DNA of 64,000 nt. It comes from an uncultured Holophagales bacterium (GTDB lineage: Bacteria; Acidobacteriota; Thermoanaerobaculia; Multivoradales; UBA5704). The notes under the pieces are model-generated. The model saw only the letters and a list, made by a program, of their open reading frames with translations, did no database searches and was not told where the DNA came from. This document shows positions 1 through 9,747 of the stretch, piece after piece. Within the stretch, counting starts at the first letter, position 1, and the number at the start of each line of letters is the position of its first letter. The translations under genes and the position numbers were made by a program. Location: contig CAWJGT010000009.1 in NCBI GenBank assembly GCA_963842525.1, forward strand, positions 1,856,001 to 1,920,000, read 5' to 3'.

Positions 1-1336
1 GTTCCATCCGCAGCCGGTCGTCGGCGGCCCGGGCCACTGCACCGTCCAGTCCCCCGAGATCCTCTCGATAGACCTTGATCGCGAGACGGCCTTTCTCGTC
101 GCGGCGCTCGTGGAGCTCGCGCAGCGTGAAGGCCAGGAGCGGCAGGGCGTCGCCTACCGCCGCGTCGTCGACGAGGATCTGGACCAGGCCGGGCTCCAAG
201 TCGAAGCCGGCCCTGTCGGCCGGCCCCTGGATGACCGCTACGATGTCTTCCCGGGACATGGGCCCCAGCGAGAGGCTCTCGAACCGGAGGTCTAGCAAGG
301 CCGGGCTCTTCTGGAAGGAGCCGAGGAAATCGGAGCGCAACGTGGCGAGCACGAGCAACGGGCTGCCGGGTTGTTCGACAGCCGTCCGGAGGAGGGTCAG
401 GAAGCGGCTCGCCGGGTGGTCCTCCGGCTGGCCCAGGAGCTCCTCGAACTGATCGACGACCAGCAGGACCCGCGCCTCGGCGTGCTCACTCTGCAACCGC
501 AGATCGTGAGCCAATTCGACCAGAGGGTTGTTCGCGATACGACCTGCCACCAGACCCGCAGCGTCAGGCTGGAGGGCATCGCGCAGATCCTGCCAGGGCA
601 AGTCTCGCCCCATCCGTCCATAGGTGCGGCTCAGAGCGCCCGATAGCTCCCGTGTCGGGTGGTCGCGCGGTCGGAACGGGTCGACGACGAGCCAGCTCTC
701 CGCGTCGCGCCGCAGCCGGGGCACAATGCCGGCACGCACGAGGGAGGACTTCCCTGTCCCCGAGGCGCCGAGGACCACCACCCAGCAGACCCCACCCAGA
801 CGTCGCACCCGATTCAGCAGGTCCAGCCCCTCGCCGACCTCGTCGCCACGGCCGAAGAAGACGGCCGCGTCCTCTTCCTGGAAGGCCAGGAGGCCAGGGT
901 AGGGAGGCCGTTTCCCGTCCCAGTCGAAAGCATCGGCGGGATCGAGGCCGGCGGCGAGGAGACCCCGCTCGAGCCGCTGATACGCTTCATCCTGATTGTT
1001 TGTCAGATCGATCGCTTGCCGATCGCTCACGACGCCGTCGAGATTGCAATCTTCAATCTTGATCGGGAACAGGTGCTTCCCGAGAGCACGCGCGTAGGTG
1101 ATCTCCATGAAGCACCATCGGGACTCCATCGAGCGCTTGCTGCACAGGACGATGACCGCCCGGCAGGCGCGAAGGTTGTGGTACAGCTCCTGCTCCCAGT
1201 TGCGCCCGGCCGGGATGCCGTCGGCCGGGTCGAAATCGAGGAAGACGGATTGGTGCCGCATGTCCTCGAGATGCCGGCGGACCTCGGCAGCAATCGCTGC
1301 ATCGGCGCTGCTGTGGCTTATGAAGATCAGGCTCAT
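1..1336 (-). CDS. TIR domain + nSTAND1-type STAND NTPase (partial, runs off the window start)
   Basis: Not in the ORF track because there is no stop in the window. Manual translation from ATG 1336: MSLIFISHSSADAAIA...FLDFD...SRWCFMEI (TIR), PYPGLLAFQEEDAAVFFGR, Walker A GASGTGKS, Walker B VIDQFEE. Confidence 0.88.
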   Translation of the reverse strand, partial: MSLIFISHSSADAAIAAEVRRHLEDMRHQSVFLDFDPADGIPAGRNWEQELYHNLRACRAVIVLCSKRSMESRWCFMEITYARALGKHLFPIKIEDCNLDGVVSDRQAIDLTNNQDEAYQRLERGLLAAGLDPADAFDWDGKRPPYPGLLAFQEEDAAVFFGRGDEVGEGLDLLNRVRRLGGVCWVVVLGASGTGKSSLVRAGIVPRLRRDAESWLVVDPFRPRDHPTRELSGALSRTYGRMGRDLPWQDLRDALQPDAAGLVAGRIANNPLVELAHDLRLQSEHAEARVLLVVDQFEELLGQPEDHPASRFLTLLRTAVEQPGSPLLVLATLRSDFLGSFQKSPALLDLRFESLSLGPMSREDIVAVIQGPADRAGFDLEPGLVQILVDDAAVGDALPLLAFTLRELHERRDEKGRLAIKVYREDLGGLDGAVARAADDRLRME

Positions 1337-1358
1337 ACCAGACGATTGCGCTCCTGGA

Positions 1359-1739
1359 TCATGCACCGGCTCCCGGCTCGTACCAGATCTCGACCTCGTA
1401 CCCGTCCGGGTCGGCGAAAAACACATAGGGCTCGCCGGGGCAGAATTCACCCTGGCTGAGGATTTTTCCTCCGGCCTCTTCGACGGCCTGAACCGCCGCG
1501 CCGATGTCCGCTGGATCGACGAGGCGGAAGCCGAAGTGCTGGATGCCGCCGGTCTTGCCGGCCTGCGGCGCTCCCTCGACGAAGACGATCACGTCGTGAG
1601 TCCCCGGCGTCTCGATCTGGACGAAGCCGTCCTCGCGGAAGGTCTCGACGGCTCCCAGGATCGCTCGATAGAAGCGGGACGAGCGGTCGGCGTCCTTGAC
1701 GGCGAGGCTGATGTGGGTCAGACCATGGGTCTTGATCAT
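1359..1739 (-). CDS. VOC/glyoxalase family protein
   Basis: MIKTHGLTHISLAV...HFGF...FFADPDGYEVEI. Confidence 0.9.
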   Translation of the reverse strand: MIKTHGLTHISLAVKDADRSSRFYRAILGAVETFREDGFVQIETPGTHDVIVFVEGAPQAGKTGGIQHFGFRLVDPADIGAAVQAVEEAGGKILSQGEFCPGEPYVFFADPDGYEVEIWYEPGAGA

Positions 1740-1942
1740 CGGGCGCGGGCCTCCCTGACGGCAGTGCAGGCGAAGTATGACGCATGGACAGTTTTTTGAG
1801 CTATCATGAAGAAGCTTCCATGCTGCCCTCCATGGAGCGCCGGGTCCATGCCTCGTTCCCCTCCTCGCAGAGCAGCCCCTCGATTTCAGCTCGACGTGTG
1901 TCCACCCCAGATTTCCCATTCCACAGACCCAGGAGGTGGTTC

Positions 1943-2515
1943 ATGAACCGTCGATGTTCGAGAATTCTGTTCCTCATCCTCTGCCTCGCCGCGGTGCCCG
2001 TCGGGAGATGGGCGCTGGCGGCCGGGGTGCCCGCCCAGGGAGCCGCTCCGGCGGCGGCCCAGGTGAAGAAGCCCAAGCCCGGACCCGCCTGCAAGGACAA
2101 CGGCCAGTGCAGCCGCAACCAGTACTGCCAGAAGCGCGCGGGCAAGTGCGGCGGTCAGGGGCAGTGCGTGGTCCGGCCCCAGGTCTGTCCGCTCTTCTTC
2201 GACCCGGTGTGCGGCTGTGACGGCGTGACATACGGTAATTTCTGCTTCGCCGCCATGGCAGGCGCCAACGTGAAGCACGCCGGTGCCTGCGAGCGGACCT
2301 GCACCAAGAACGCCGAATGCGCCAAGAACCAGTACTGCGCCAAGGCCACAGGCGATTGCAAGGGCCGCGGGCAGTGCACGCCGAAGCCCGAGGTCTGCCC
2401 GGAGATCTTCGACCCGGTCTGCGGCTGCGACGGCAAGGTCTATGGCAACGCCTGCGAGGCCGCCGCCGCCGGCGTCAACGTGTCCAAGCTCGGAGAGGAG
2501 TGCAAGAAGCCGTAG
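1943..2515 (+). CDS. Secreted Cys-rich protein with two Kazal-type domains
   Basis: AGGAGG RBS, signal peptide, two CPxxFDPVCGCDGxxYGNxC repeats. Confidence 0.85.
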   Translation: MNRRCSRILFLILCLAAVPVGRWALAAGVPAQGAAPAAAQVKKPKPGPACKDNGQCSRNQYCQKRAGKCGGQGQCVVRPQVCPLFFDPVCGCDGVTYGNFCFAAMAGANVKHAGACERTCTKNAECAKNQYCAKATGDCKGRGQCTPKPEVCPEIFDPVCGCDGKVYGNACEAAAAGVNVSKLGEECKKP

Positions 2516-2589
2516 CCGCTGGCATGCCCCTCATGCCGCGACGGACGGGCTCGCGGCCCTCCCGAGCCCGTCCGCTGTTCCAGCGATGT

Positions 2590-3375
2590 TCAGACCTCCT
2601 CGGAGAGTTTCCTCAGGATGCCGAGGATCTCTGCGCGGACGATCGCCTGCTGCTGCTCGCGCGAGATCGTGGCGCTTTCGTCCCCGAGCTGCTTGCCGTA
2701 CCAGCCGAACTGGCCGTGATTGCCTCCCTCGATGCGGACCCAGCGTGTCTCGGCGGGCAGCAGCGCTCTGTTGGCTTCGACGCGGTCCAGAGGTGCAACG
2801 CCGTCGTTGGTCGCGTAGAGCTTGAGCACCGGAAAGAGCGACTGCGAAAGGTCGAAGTCCTTCGGGTGGGTGGTCCCCATCAGGATCAGGGCTGACGGGG
2901 AGGAGGGATGGCGGGCGGCGAAGCGGCAGGCCAGGGCGCCTCCCCGGGAGTGGCCGGCCACGGCCCACCGCCGTTCGGGATCGTGGGTGATCCGGTCGCG
3001 CACGCGCTTGAAAACCGCCTCCTCCTGCGACTCGAATGGAGCCGAGCGGAGAGGGAGCTTCACGATCACGGCCTCGAAGCCGTCGAGCGCCAGGCTGTGC
3101 GCCAGCGGGGCGTACGCCCGCGGGTCCACCATGCCGCCTGGAAAGAACATCAGGCCCGCGCTTTTGGGCGCTCCCACGGGCGTGAAGGAGAGCCACTCTG
3201 AGGTGGACTCCACCGCGACGCGCGCATCGGAGCGGAGGATGCCTTTGTCGAAGCCCTGTGCCCGCCGGCCCATGAACATCCAGCCATTGAAGACGATCGT
3301 GACCAGGATGCCCGAGATGATCCAGATGCGGCGGATGGTCGACCAGAGGGAGCGTTTCCTCGAAGGTTCCGTCAT
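2590..3375 (-). CDS. Membrane-anchored alpha/beta hydrolase
   Basis: N-terminal TM helix; FFPGG, GHSRGG nucleophile elbow, NDG, GGNHGQFG. Confidence 0.88.
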   Translation of the reverse strand: MTEPSRKRSLWSTIRRIWIISGILVTIVFNGWMFMGRRAQGFDKGILRSDARVAVESTSEWLSFTPVGAPKSAGLMFFPGGMVDPRAYAPLAHSLALDGFEAVIVKLPLRSAPFESQEEAVFKRVRDRITHDPERRWAVAGHSRGGALACRFAARHPSSPSALILMGTTHPKDFDLSQSLFPVLKLYATNDGVAPLDRVEANRALLPAETRWVRIEGGNHGQFGWYGKQLGDESATISREQQQAIVRAEILGILRKLSEEV

Positions 3376-3554
3376 GGCCGGCACTCTAACATCTGCGTTC
3401 GAACCCTTTTGCCCGGGGCGGCCTCTTTGAGGATGAGCACGAGAAAGGAGGCTCAGATGAAAGTCGACAGAATGACCAGATGGCTGATCTTCGGATTCGC
3501 CGGGATCGAGGCCGTCTTGCTGACGTGGTCCGTCCTTCACATACTGGGGAGGGT

Positions 3555-3848
3555 ATGACGATGGCCAGAGAAGCCCAGAACCTCGATGAGATCCGCCGCC
3601 GGACCCTCGATCGGGTCGATCAGGCGCAGGGACGATTCCGGATGGTGGTGATGGCCACGGCCGTCGTGGAGCTGCTGCTTCTCCTGTTCGTCTTCTACGT
3701 GACCGATTTCTCGGACCCGGTCCATCGCGTGGTGTTCGCCTGTACCATGCTGGTCTACCTCATGCTGTGCATGGCGGTCTTCGCGCTCGGGGCCTGGTTC
3801 GCCAAAGTCGAGGCCCGTATCCTGAAAGCCATCGAGCTAGCCGAATAG
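3555..3848 (+). CDS. Small 2-TM membrane protein, possible anti-sigma factor
   Basis: Two hydrophobic helices; lies directly upstream of the ECF sigma gene. Confidence 0.65.
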   Translation: MTMAREAQNLDEIRRRTLDRVDQAQGRFRMVVMATAVVELLLLLFVFYVTDFSDPVHRVVFACTMLVYLMLCMAVFALGAWFAKVEARILKAIELAE

Positions 3849-3857
3849 AACGCCCGC

Positions 3858-4398
3858 ATGGCCGACGAACGCAGGCAGGCGCTCCTGGTCCTCCGCTCCC
3901 AGGCGGGGGATCAGGACGCTTTCGACGAGCTGCTGGCCGGCCTCCAGGAGCCGCTGTTCGGCTATCTGCGGCGGCTGACCGGCGATCCGGAGCTTGCGAA
4001 GGACATCCTGCAGGAGGTCTTCCTGCTCATCTGGCGCAAGCTGCGCTGGCTGCGCGAGCCGGAAGCTCTTCCGGCCCTGGTGCTACCGCATCGCGTCGCG
4101 CGCCGCCTTTCGTGTCCTGCGCCGGGAGCGGCGGTGGTCAAGTCTGGCCGACCTGCCTCTGCCGGAGCTCTCGGAGGCCCCGGAAGAGGCGGCTTCCTCT
4201 GATCTCCTGGGACGCCTGCCGGATCTCCTCGATCGCGTATCGCCGGCGAGCCGGGCGGTTCTGGTGCTGCACTATCTGCAGGAGATGTCCCTGCAAGAGG
4301 TGGCGGACGTCCTGGGTCTCTCACTCGGCACGGCGAAATCCCGTCTGGCCTATGGGCTGGCCTCCCTCCGCAAGAACGTTCGATCTCTGATCAATTGA
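3858..4398 (+). CDS. ECF sigma-70 factor (frameshift near 4070)
   Basis: Region 2 (AKDILQEVFLLIW) is in ORF 3858; FRPWCYRIA and region 4 (LSLGTAKSRL) are in ORF 3994. Confidence 0.85.
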
Positions 4399-4421
4399 GC
4401 GACCCGCGATAGAATTACGCC

Positions 4422-5099
4422 ATGGATTTCGACACGGCCGTCAAACTGAACATCTACCAGGCGATCGCCGAGACGACGCAAGCGCCCACCTCGGCGGATG
4501 TGGCGAGGGCGCTCGACACCTCGGTCGAGGAGGTAGAAGCCGCCTTCCGGAGGCTCCATCAGAAGCGCCTCCTGGTCCCGGAGCCGGGCGACCCGTCGAG
4601 GATCCGGATGGCTCCGCCATTCTCGGGGATCGAGACACCCTTTCCCGTAAAAATCGGGGACAAGGTGTACTACGCCAACTGTGTCTGGGACGCTCTCGGG
4701 GTGGCGGCAGCTCTGCACGAGGATGCCGTTGTCGATGCGTCGGACGGTCAAACCGGCGAGCCCATGATCCTGGAAGTGAGAGGCGGAAAGCCGGTTCCGC
4801 AGCCGTGCGCCATCCACTTCGGCGTCCCGGCAGCGAAGTGGTGGAACGACATCGTCTACACCTGAGCGACCATGCTCCTCTTCCGGTCGGAAGAGACGGT
4901 GCGCGACTGGTGCAGGGCAAACGGAGTCCCGCAGCGCCCCATCATCAACCTCGACCAGCTCTGGGTTCTCGCGATGACCTGGTACGAAAACCGGCTGACC
5001 GTCGACTCCCGGCGACCCGGCCCGGACGAGATGGTGGAGATCTTTGGGCGCGTTGGGTTGGACGGGCCGTTCTGGGATCCGAAGGCGGAGCGGTGGTAG
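4422..5099 (+). CDS. MerB-like (organomercurial lyase fold) protein, predicted selenoprotein with UGA at 4863-4865
   Basis: N-terminal HTH-like region; YANCVWD matches the MerB CxxD motif; ORFs 4422-4865 and 4872-5099 are in frame across TGA (DIVYT*ATMLLFRSEE); SECIS-like hairpin follows. Confidence 0.82.
4866..4904 (+). promoter_or_regulatory. Bacterial SECIS-like hairpin
   Basis: Stem CTCTTCC (4878-4884), loop GGTC, stem GGAAGAG (4889-4895); loop starts 19 nt after the UGA. Confidence 0.75.
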
Positions 5100-5201
5100 A
5101 CAGGGGCGGTCAAGCGTGGGGAGGACCTGGTGGAGGGGCGACGACTGCCACGAAGCCGCCCTGCAAACCGAGAAACATATTTCCAGGTAGAATGCTCGCC
5201 C

Positions 5202-6428
5202 ATGAGAGCTCCCAAGAGGCGACGGCCTCTCTTACGCGTCGTGGCTCCTCCACCAGGGAAAGACCTGGAAGCCGTGGCTCAAAAGGCGAGTTACATCGGA
5301 AGTCCCGAGCACAAGGACACGCCCTCCTTTGCTGGGCAACCAAGGCCCAGGGCAGACGCCGCCATCTGCGATCGCAGCTTGGCAGAAGAGCAGCCGCAGG
5401 TCACAAGATGGCTCAAGGAGGCGATCCGCACCGGGTATGTCAGCGCCCACTGGGAAGGTGGCTTCCCACGTTACGTCTGGCACAGGGAGGACGACATCGT
5501 GTACGAAGCTCGCCTCGTTAACCAAGGGAACGGCCAGTACAAGGGATATCCCCTGAATCCCGCGGCGGTCCTCAAACGTCTGCAAGAGATAGGCGTAGAG
5601 GGCACTTTTCTCGAGAAGGAGTGGAGGAGTATTCAGGCGGTCGACTCTGAGGAGCGAGACTTCTGTGCCGCCGCCGCCTCTCTCGGCCTCGATCCCTACA
5701 CATTGGACGAAAGCCAGCAGCAAACAATTCTCGAAGCCAGTGAATCCATTCCACCGAGCCTCTTGGAGGATTTCTTCGCGGTTGCGGATTTTGCTACTCT
5801 ACCGGTCCAGACCTCTCAGGTCCTTGACGCGCTGGAGTCCAGCCGCAACAACGGTGCGAACCTCGCGCCCCTGATATCACTGAAGGAAGAAATGGCTCCC
5901 ACGGCAACGTTGACAGGGCCGCCCTGGCGTCAGGGTTACCGTTTCGCCCAGGAGCTTCGCCAACGGTTGAATCTGAATGGCGAGAAGTTGAGATCTCTCC
6001 CGGCACTGGCCAAGGCACTTGGAATTCCCTCTCGAGAGTTGGATGCGGCGATCCTCAAGTTCCCCTTCCTGCCCGGCTCTCTCGATGCTCTCGGTGCGAC
6101 GAACTCACGCCAGAGCCCCGGATTTGCCGTATCCGAGCGCCGCGCGGAGTCCATTCGTTTTGCTTTCTGCCGGGCGCTTTTTGAATATTTCACGATCCCG
6201 GCAGACCAGCCACTGATCGTAACGCGCGCCCGGTCCGAACGGCAGAAGCGGAATCGCGCGTTCGCCGCCGAGCTCCTCGTTCCCGCGGATCTTCTCCGAG
6301 AGATTCTGCCTGGGCGTGTTGTCGCAGATGAAGACGTCGATGATCTCGCGGCCGATTTCGGAGTGTCAGCGAGCGTGATCCGGCATCAGATCGAGAACCA
6401 CGGGCTGGCCCGTTCTCTCCCGGACTAG
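5202..6428 (+). CDS. Small N-terminal domain fused to an ImmA/IrrE-like C-terminal region lacking HExxH
   Basis: C-terminal RNRAFAAELLVP...DLAADFGVSASVIRHQIENH; N-terminal SPEHK...FPRYVW...YKGYPL. Confidence 0.65.
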   Translation: MRAPKRRRPLLRVVAPPPGKDLEAVAQKASYIGSPEHKDTPSFAGQPRPRADAAICDRSLAEEQPQVTRWLKEAIRTGYVSAHWEGGFPRYVWHREDDIVYEARLVNQGNGQYKGYPLNPAAVLKRLQEIGVEGTFLEKEWRSIQAVDSEERDFCAAAASLGLDPYTLDESQQQTILEASESIPPSLLEDFFAVADFATLPVQTSQVLDALESSRNNGANLAPLISLKEEMAPTATLTGPPWRQGYRFAQELRQRLNLNGEKLRSLPALAKALGIPSRELDAAILKFPFLPGSLDALGATNSRQSPGFAVSERRAESIRFAFCRALFEYFTIPADQPLIVTRARSERQKRNRAFAAELLVPADLLREILPGRVVADEDVDDLAADFGVSASVIRHQIENHGLARSLPD

Positions 6429-6477
6429 CCTGGGCCGGTCGAGCACAAGGCAATACCACTCCATCCGAAAAAAGGGC

Positions 6478-6508
6478 TTGCACCTCACGTAACGTGAGGT
6501 TGTACCGT
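6478..6508 (+). promoter_or_regulatory. MerR-type (tipA-like) promoter and operator
   Basis: -35 TTGCAC, 19-bp spacer, -10 TACCGT; perfect dyad ACCTCACGT-A-ACGTGAGGT at 6482-6500. Confidence 0.85.
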
Positions 6509-6559
6509 TCTCTCCGTGGCCACCTCCTCGGGAGAGGAAAGGCCGAAGGAGCCGGAGCG

Positions 6560-7291
6560 ATGAAGAGTTGGAAAGTGGGCGAGCTTGCCCGGCAGACAGG
6601 GTTGACCGTCCGGACGCTGCATCACTACGACGAGATCGGTCTGCTGTCGCCTTCGCACCGGACCGGTGCGGGGCACCGGCTGTACGCGGCCGAGGACCTC
6701 GCCTGCCTGCTCCAGATCCTGTCGCTGCGGCAGCTCGGCTTCTCTCTGGAGGAGATCCGGGAGTGCGTGGCGCGCCCGGACTTCTCGCTGCAGCGCACTC
6801 TCGACCTGCACGTCGCCCGTCTGGACGCGCAGATCGAGATGCAGCGGAAACTGCGCGACCGGCTCATGACCGTCGCGCTGCGTCTGAAGTCGGCGGAGGA
6901 GGTCTCCGTCGAGGACTTCTTGAAAACCATGGAGGAAATCACCATGTTTGAAAAGTACTACACCCCCGAGCAGCTCCAGGAGATCCAGGAGCGGGGCAAG
7001 CAGATCGGCGACGAGCGGATCCGCCAGGGCGAGGCCGAGTGGCCGAAGCTCATCGCAGAGGTCCGCGCAGAGATGGAGAAAGGGACCGACCCGGCGAGCG
7101 AGACCGTCCAGGAGCTCGCCCGCCGCTGGAAGGCCCTGCTCGCCGAGTTCACCGGCGGCAACCCGGACATCCAGAAGGGCCTCAACAAGATGTACAGCCA
7201 GGAGCCCGAGGTCCGCCAGAAGACCGGCATCGATCAGAAGCTGATGGAGTACGTCGGCCGGGCCATGGCCGCCGGCAACAAACCGCAATGA
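6560..7291 (+). CDS. MerR family regulator with TipAS-like C-terminal domain
   Basis: WKVGELARQTGLTVRTLHHYDEIGLL; DPASETVQELARRW...FTGG. Confidence 0.92.
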   Translation: MKSWKVGELARQTGLTVRTLHHYDEIGLLSPSHRTGAGHRLYAAEDLACLLQILSLRQLGFSLEEIRECVARPDFSLQRTLDLHVARLDAQIEMQRKLRDRLMTVALRLKSAEEVSVEDFLKTMEEITMFEKYYTPEQLQEIQERGKQIGDERIRQGEAEWPKLIAEVRAEMEKGTDPASETVQELARRWKALLAEFTGGNPDIQKGLNKMYSQEPEVRQKTGIDQKLMEYVGRAMAAGNKPQ

Positions 7292-7295
7292 CCCC

Positions 7296-7330
7296 ACCGC
7301 CCGGAGGGCGATCCCGTCCGGGCGGTTTTC
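7296..7330 (+). terminator. Intrinsic terminator
   Basis: ACCGCCCGGA...TCCGGGCGGT hairpin followed by a short T run, just after the stop codon. Confidence 0.7.
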
Positions 7331-7345
7331 CCCTTGCATCCAGAA

Positions 7346-9219
7346 TCACTGGTCTTGATTGCCGCGGAGGATGTCCTGCGCCCGGCTGCCGACCTCGGCG
7401 TCGGAGGATTGCGCCGCCTGGCGCAGGGCCTGGAAGATGCAGGATTCGTCTTCCAGCTCGCGCGTCCGGATCACGCCTTCGGGCTCGACGCCGAGGGCGA
7501 AGACGGCGAAGGCGAGAGGACCGAGCTCGGAATTGACCTGATCGCGAAGGCGCTGGCGTTCCCGATCAAAGGCCGCCCGCGCAGCGGCGCTCGCCTGATC
7601 GCGGGTGTCGATGTCGTCCGCTTTCCAGGCTTCGAGGGCGGCGAGGACGGTCAGGCAGTCCTTGGATAAGGGCGGCGGCGGCCAGCCGGGTCCGCCCACC
7701 GAGGCGGTGATGTTGTAGCTCCCGGCACGGACGGCGCGCAGAGGCTGCTGGAATTGGAAGGTGCCGTCCGGACCGACCGCGGCGTGCTCGATGGACCCCG
7801 TCAGCAGGTTGCCCTGGAGACCGGAAAAGGAGACGACCTCCGGCGCGAGGTTCTCCATGTGATAGGCGAGAGGGAAGACGTCCGGCGGCAGGCCCTGGAG
7901 GCCGGTGACCTTGGCGACCACAGCTTCGCTCTCGCCGCGGACCAGGGAGGTGCGTGCGGCTGCCAGCTCGATCCCCACGTTGGTGAAGGTGCCGCTCATC
8001 TCCGTCCCCTGCTCCCGGACTGTGATGGTCGCCGGTCCCACGAGATCGGTTGGACACTCGAAGACCGCCTGGCCCGGCGACTCGGCGAGGATGCGGACCG
8101 GCTGGCCGCCGATCTCGATCACCGTCGTGGCGGAACGGCCGTCGAAGGGCCCTTGCACGGCATTCGGCCTGCCGGTCTGCCCCAGTGTGGGCAGCTCGAA
8201 GAGGCCGGGCGGCGGCGGGTCCGGAACGATCACCGTCCGCGGAGGCGCGACGTTCACCGTCGACGCGCCAACCTTCTTGCCCTTGGGGTCGAGGAGGGTG
8301 ACCACCAGCGGCAAGCCGGAGGCAACCTTCGTCTCGAAGCGTCCGCCGGAGACCGGCTGCCGGTCGCCGCCGACCTCGACGACGTAGCCCTGGAGCGTGC
8401 CGGTGTTTTTAGCCTGCTGCGCCGGGCTCGCCCCCGCCGGAGAGGCCGAGACCGTGCCGCTCAAGGTATCCCCGGCGGCGAGGTCGGCCGGCAGGTAGAC
8501 CTGGACCTTGCCGGCGGGCGTGTCGAATGTGCGGGTGTCCAACACTTCACCGTGGAGCACACCGATTGCCTTGACCGGCTTCTTCTCCTTCTTGGCGGCG
8601 TTCCGCGAGGAGCGGGCTGGGGTTGCGGCTTGTCCGGCTCAGCTTTCTGCCAACGGCCTTTGTCCAGGTAGTCCTTGTTCTCCCCGGCAGTGACGGCGTC
8701 GATCGGACCATGCACCGTGGCGCCCAGGACATCGGCCAGCTCCTTGAGCTTGGCGGCGCCCGTTTCTCCTGCGCCGACGTTGCATCCAAGCAGGTACACA
8801 TTGGCTCCCTTGCAGAGCTTGGGCTTGAGCTTCTTCAGCAGATCCTCCCAGTCGGCGCGGTTGCCATTGATGTATTGACACTTGACGGACTTGGTGCCGC
8901 TCCCGAGGCTGATGTCTCCCGGTGCACCGTGGCCGTACAGATAGAGGTTCTGCAAGCACTTGCCGTCCCCAACTGCGCCCAGGACCTTGTCGACCATATC
9001 CTGCTTGCTTTTGCAGCGCAGCGGTTTCAGGCCCCGTTTTTCGAGCTCGGCAACATCGTGGGCCGCGGCGCCGTCGGCGTCCGCCGGCGGATCCTCGACC
9101 ACGTGAACGTCCACCGGAGTCTGGGCAGCGAGACGGAAGGGCGGCGCACCAGGTGCAACCCAGAGCAGGATGGCAATCAGGGCTGGCAGGGCGCGGAAAG
9201 GTGGGCGGCGGCAGGGCAT
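7346..9219 (-). CDS. Secreted protein: DUF4347-like domain plus beta-rich C-terminus (frameshift near 8600)
   Basis: Signal peptide; LYLYGHGAPG...YLLGCNVG; continues in ORF 7346-8560. Confidence 0.6.
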
Positions 9220-9222
9220 GGC

Positions 9223-9636
9223 TCATTGAGCGAGGGTGGCGAACAGCGTCTGTCCTTCAGGGCTCACGGGATATGAACGCTCGCGCCGGCCACGATGGGA
9301 AAAGGACTGCCAGGCAAGATAGACCTCGTAGGCCTGGACTTCGCCCGCGCGGGATTTGAGATAGACGAATGCGTTGATCTTCGACTTCAGCAGCTTGCCG
9401 TTTCTGGGATCGGCAAAGGCGATGCTCGACAAGAGCCGCCCGATCGTCTCGGGATCGGTGACGTTGAAGCGGATCTCGGATGCGGGGAGGTCCCCCTGGA
9501 ACGACTCTGTCGAGCGATAGATGGCGACGGCGACGATGTCGGAGGGCCCTTCCGCGCGCAAATTTTCGGTGAAGAGGGCCAGGGCGGCCCCGAGGGAGAC
9601 GGCGAGCCCACAGACCAGAACGGTATTCCGGAGCAT
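9223..9636 (-). CDS. Hypothetical secreted protein
   Basis: Signal peptide MLRNTVLVCGLAVSLGAALA; AAGGAGG upstream; abuts the next gene. Confidence 0.6.
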   Translation of the reverse strand: MLRNTVLVCGLAVSLGAALALFTENLRAEGPSDIVAVAIYRSTESFQGDLPASEIRFNVTDPETIGRLLSSIAFADPRNGKLLKSKINAFVYLKSRAGEVQAYEVYLAWQSFSHRGRRERSYPVSPEGQTLFATLAQ

Positions 9637-9747
9637 GCGCCCCCGAACCTCCTTGGAGGAGTGGTCGTGACTTCTCTGAATTGAGTGTCCCACGACGGCG
9701 CCCGGCTGTCAAGGCGCAGGGCTCGGCTGTTCGGCTAGAGTAGAGGC

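Noticed and set aside
4422-7291. Mercury-resistance operon (MerB-like plus MerR)
   Set aside because: No merA, merT or merP. The MerR protein is TipA-like, lacks the Hg-binding Cys set and has its own operator.
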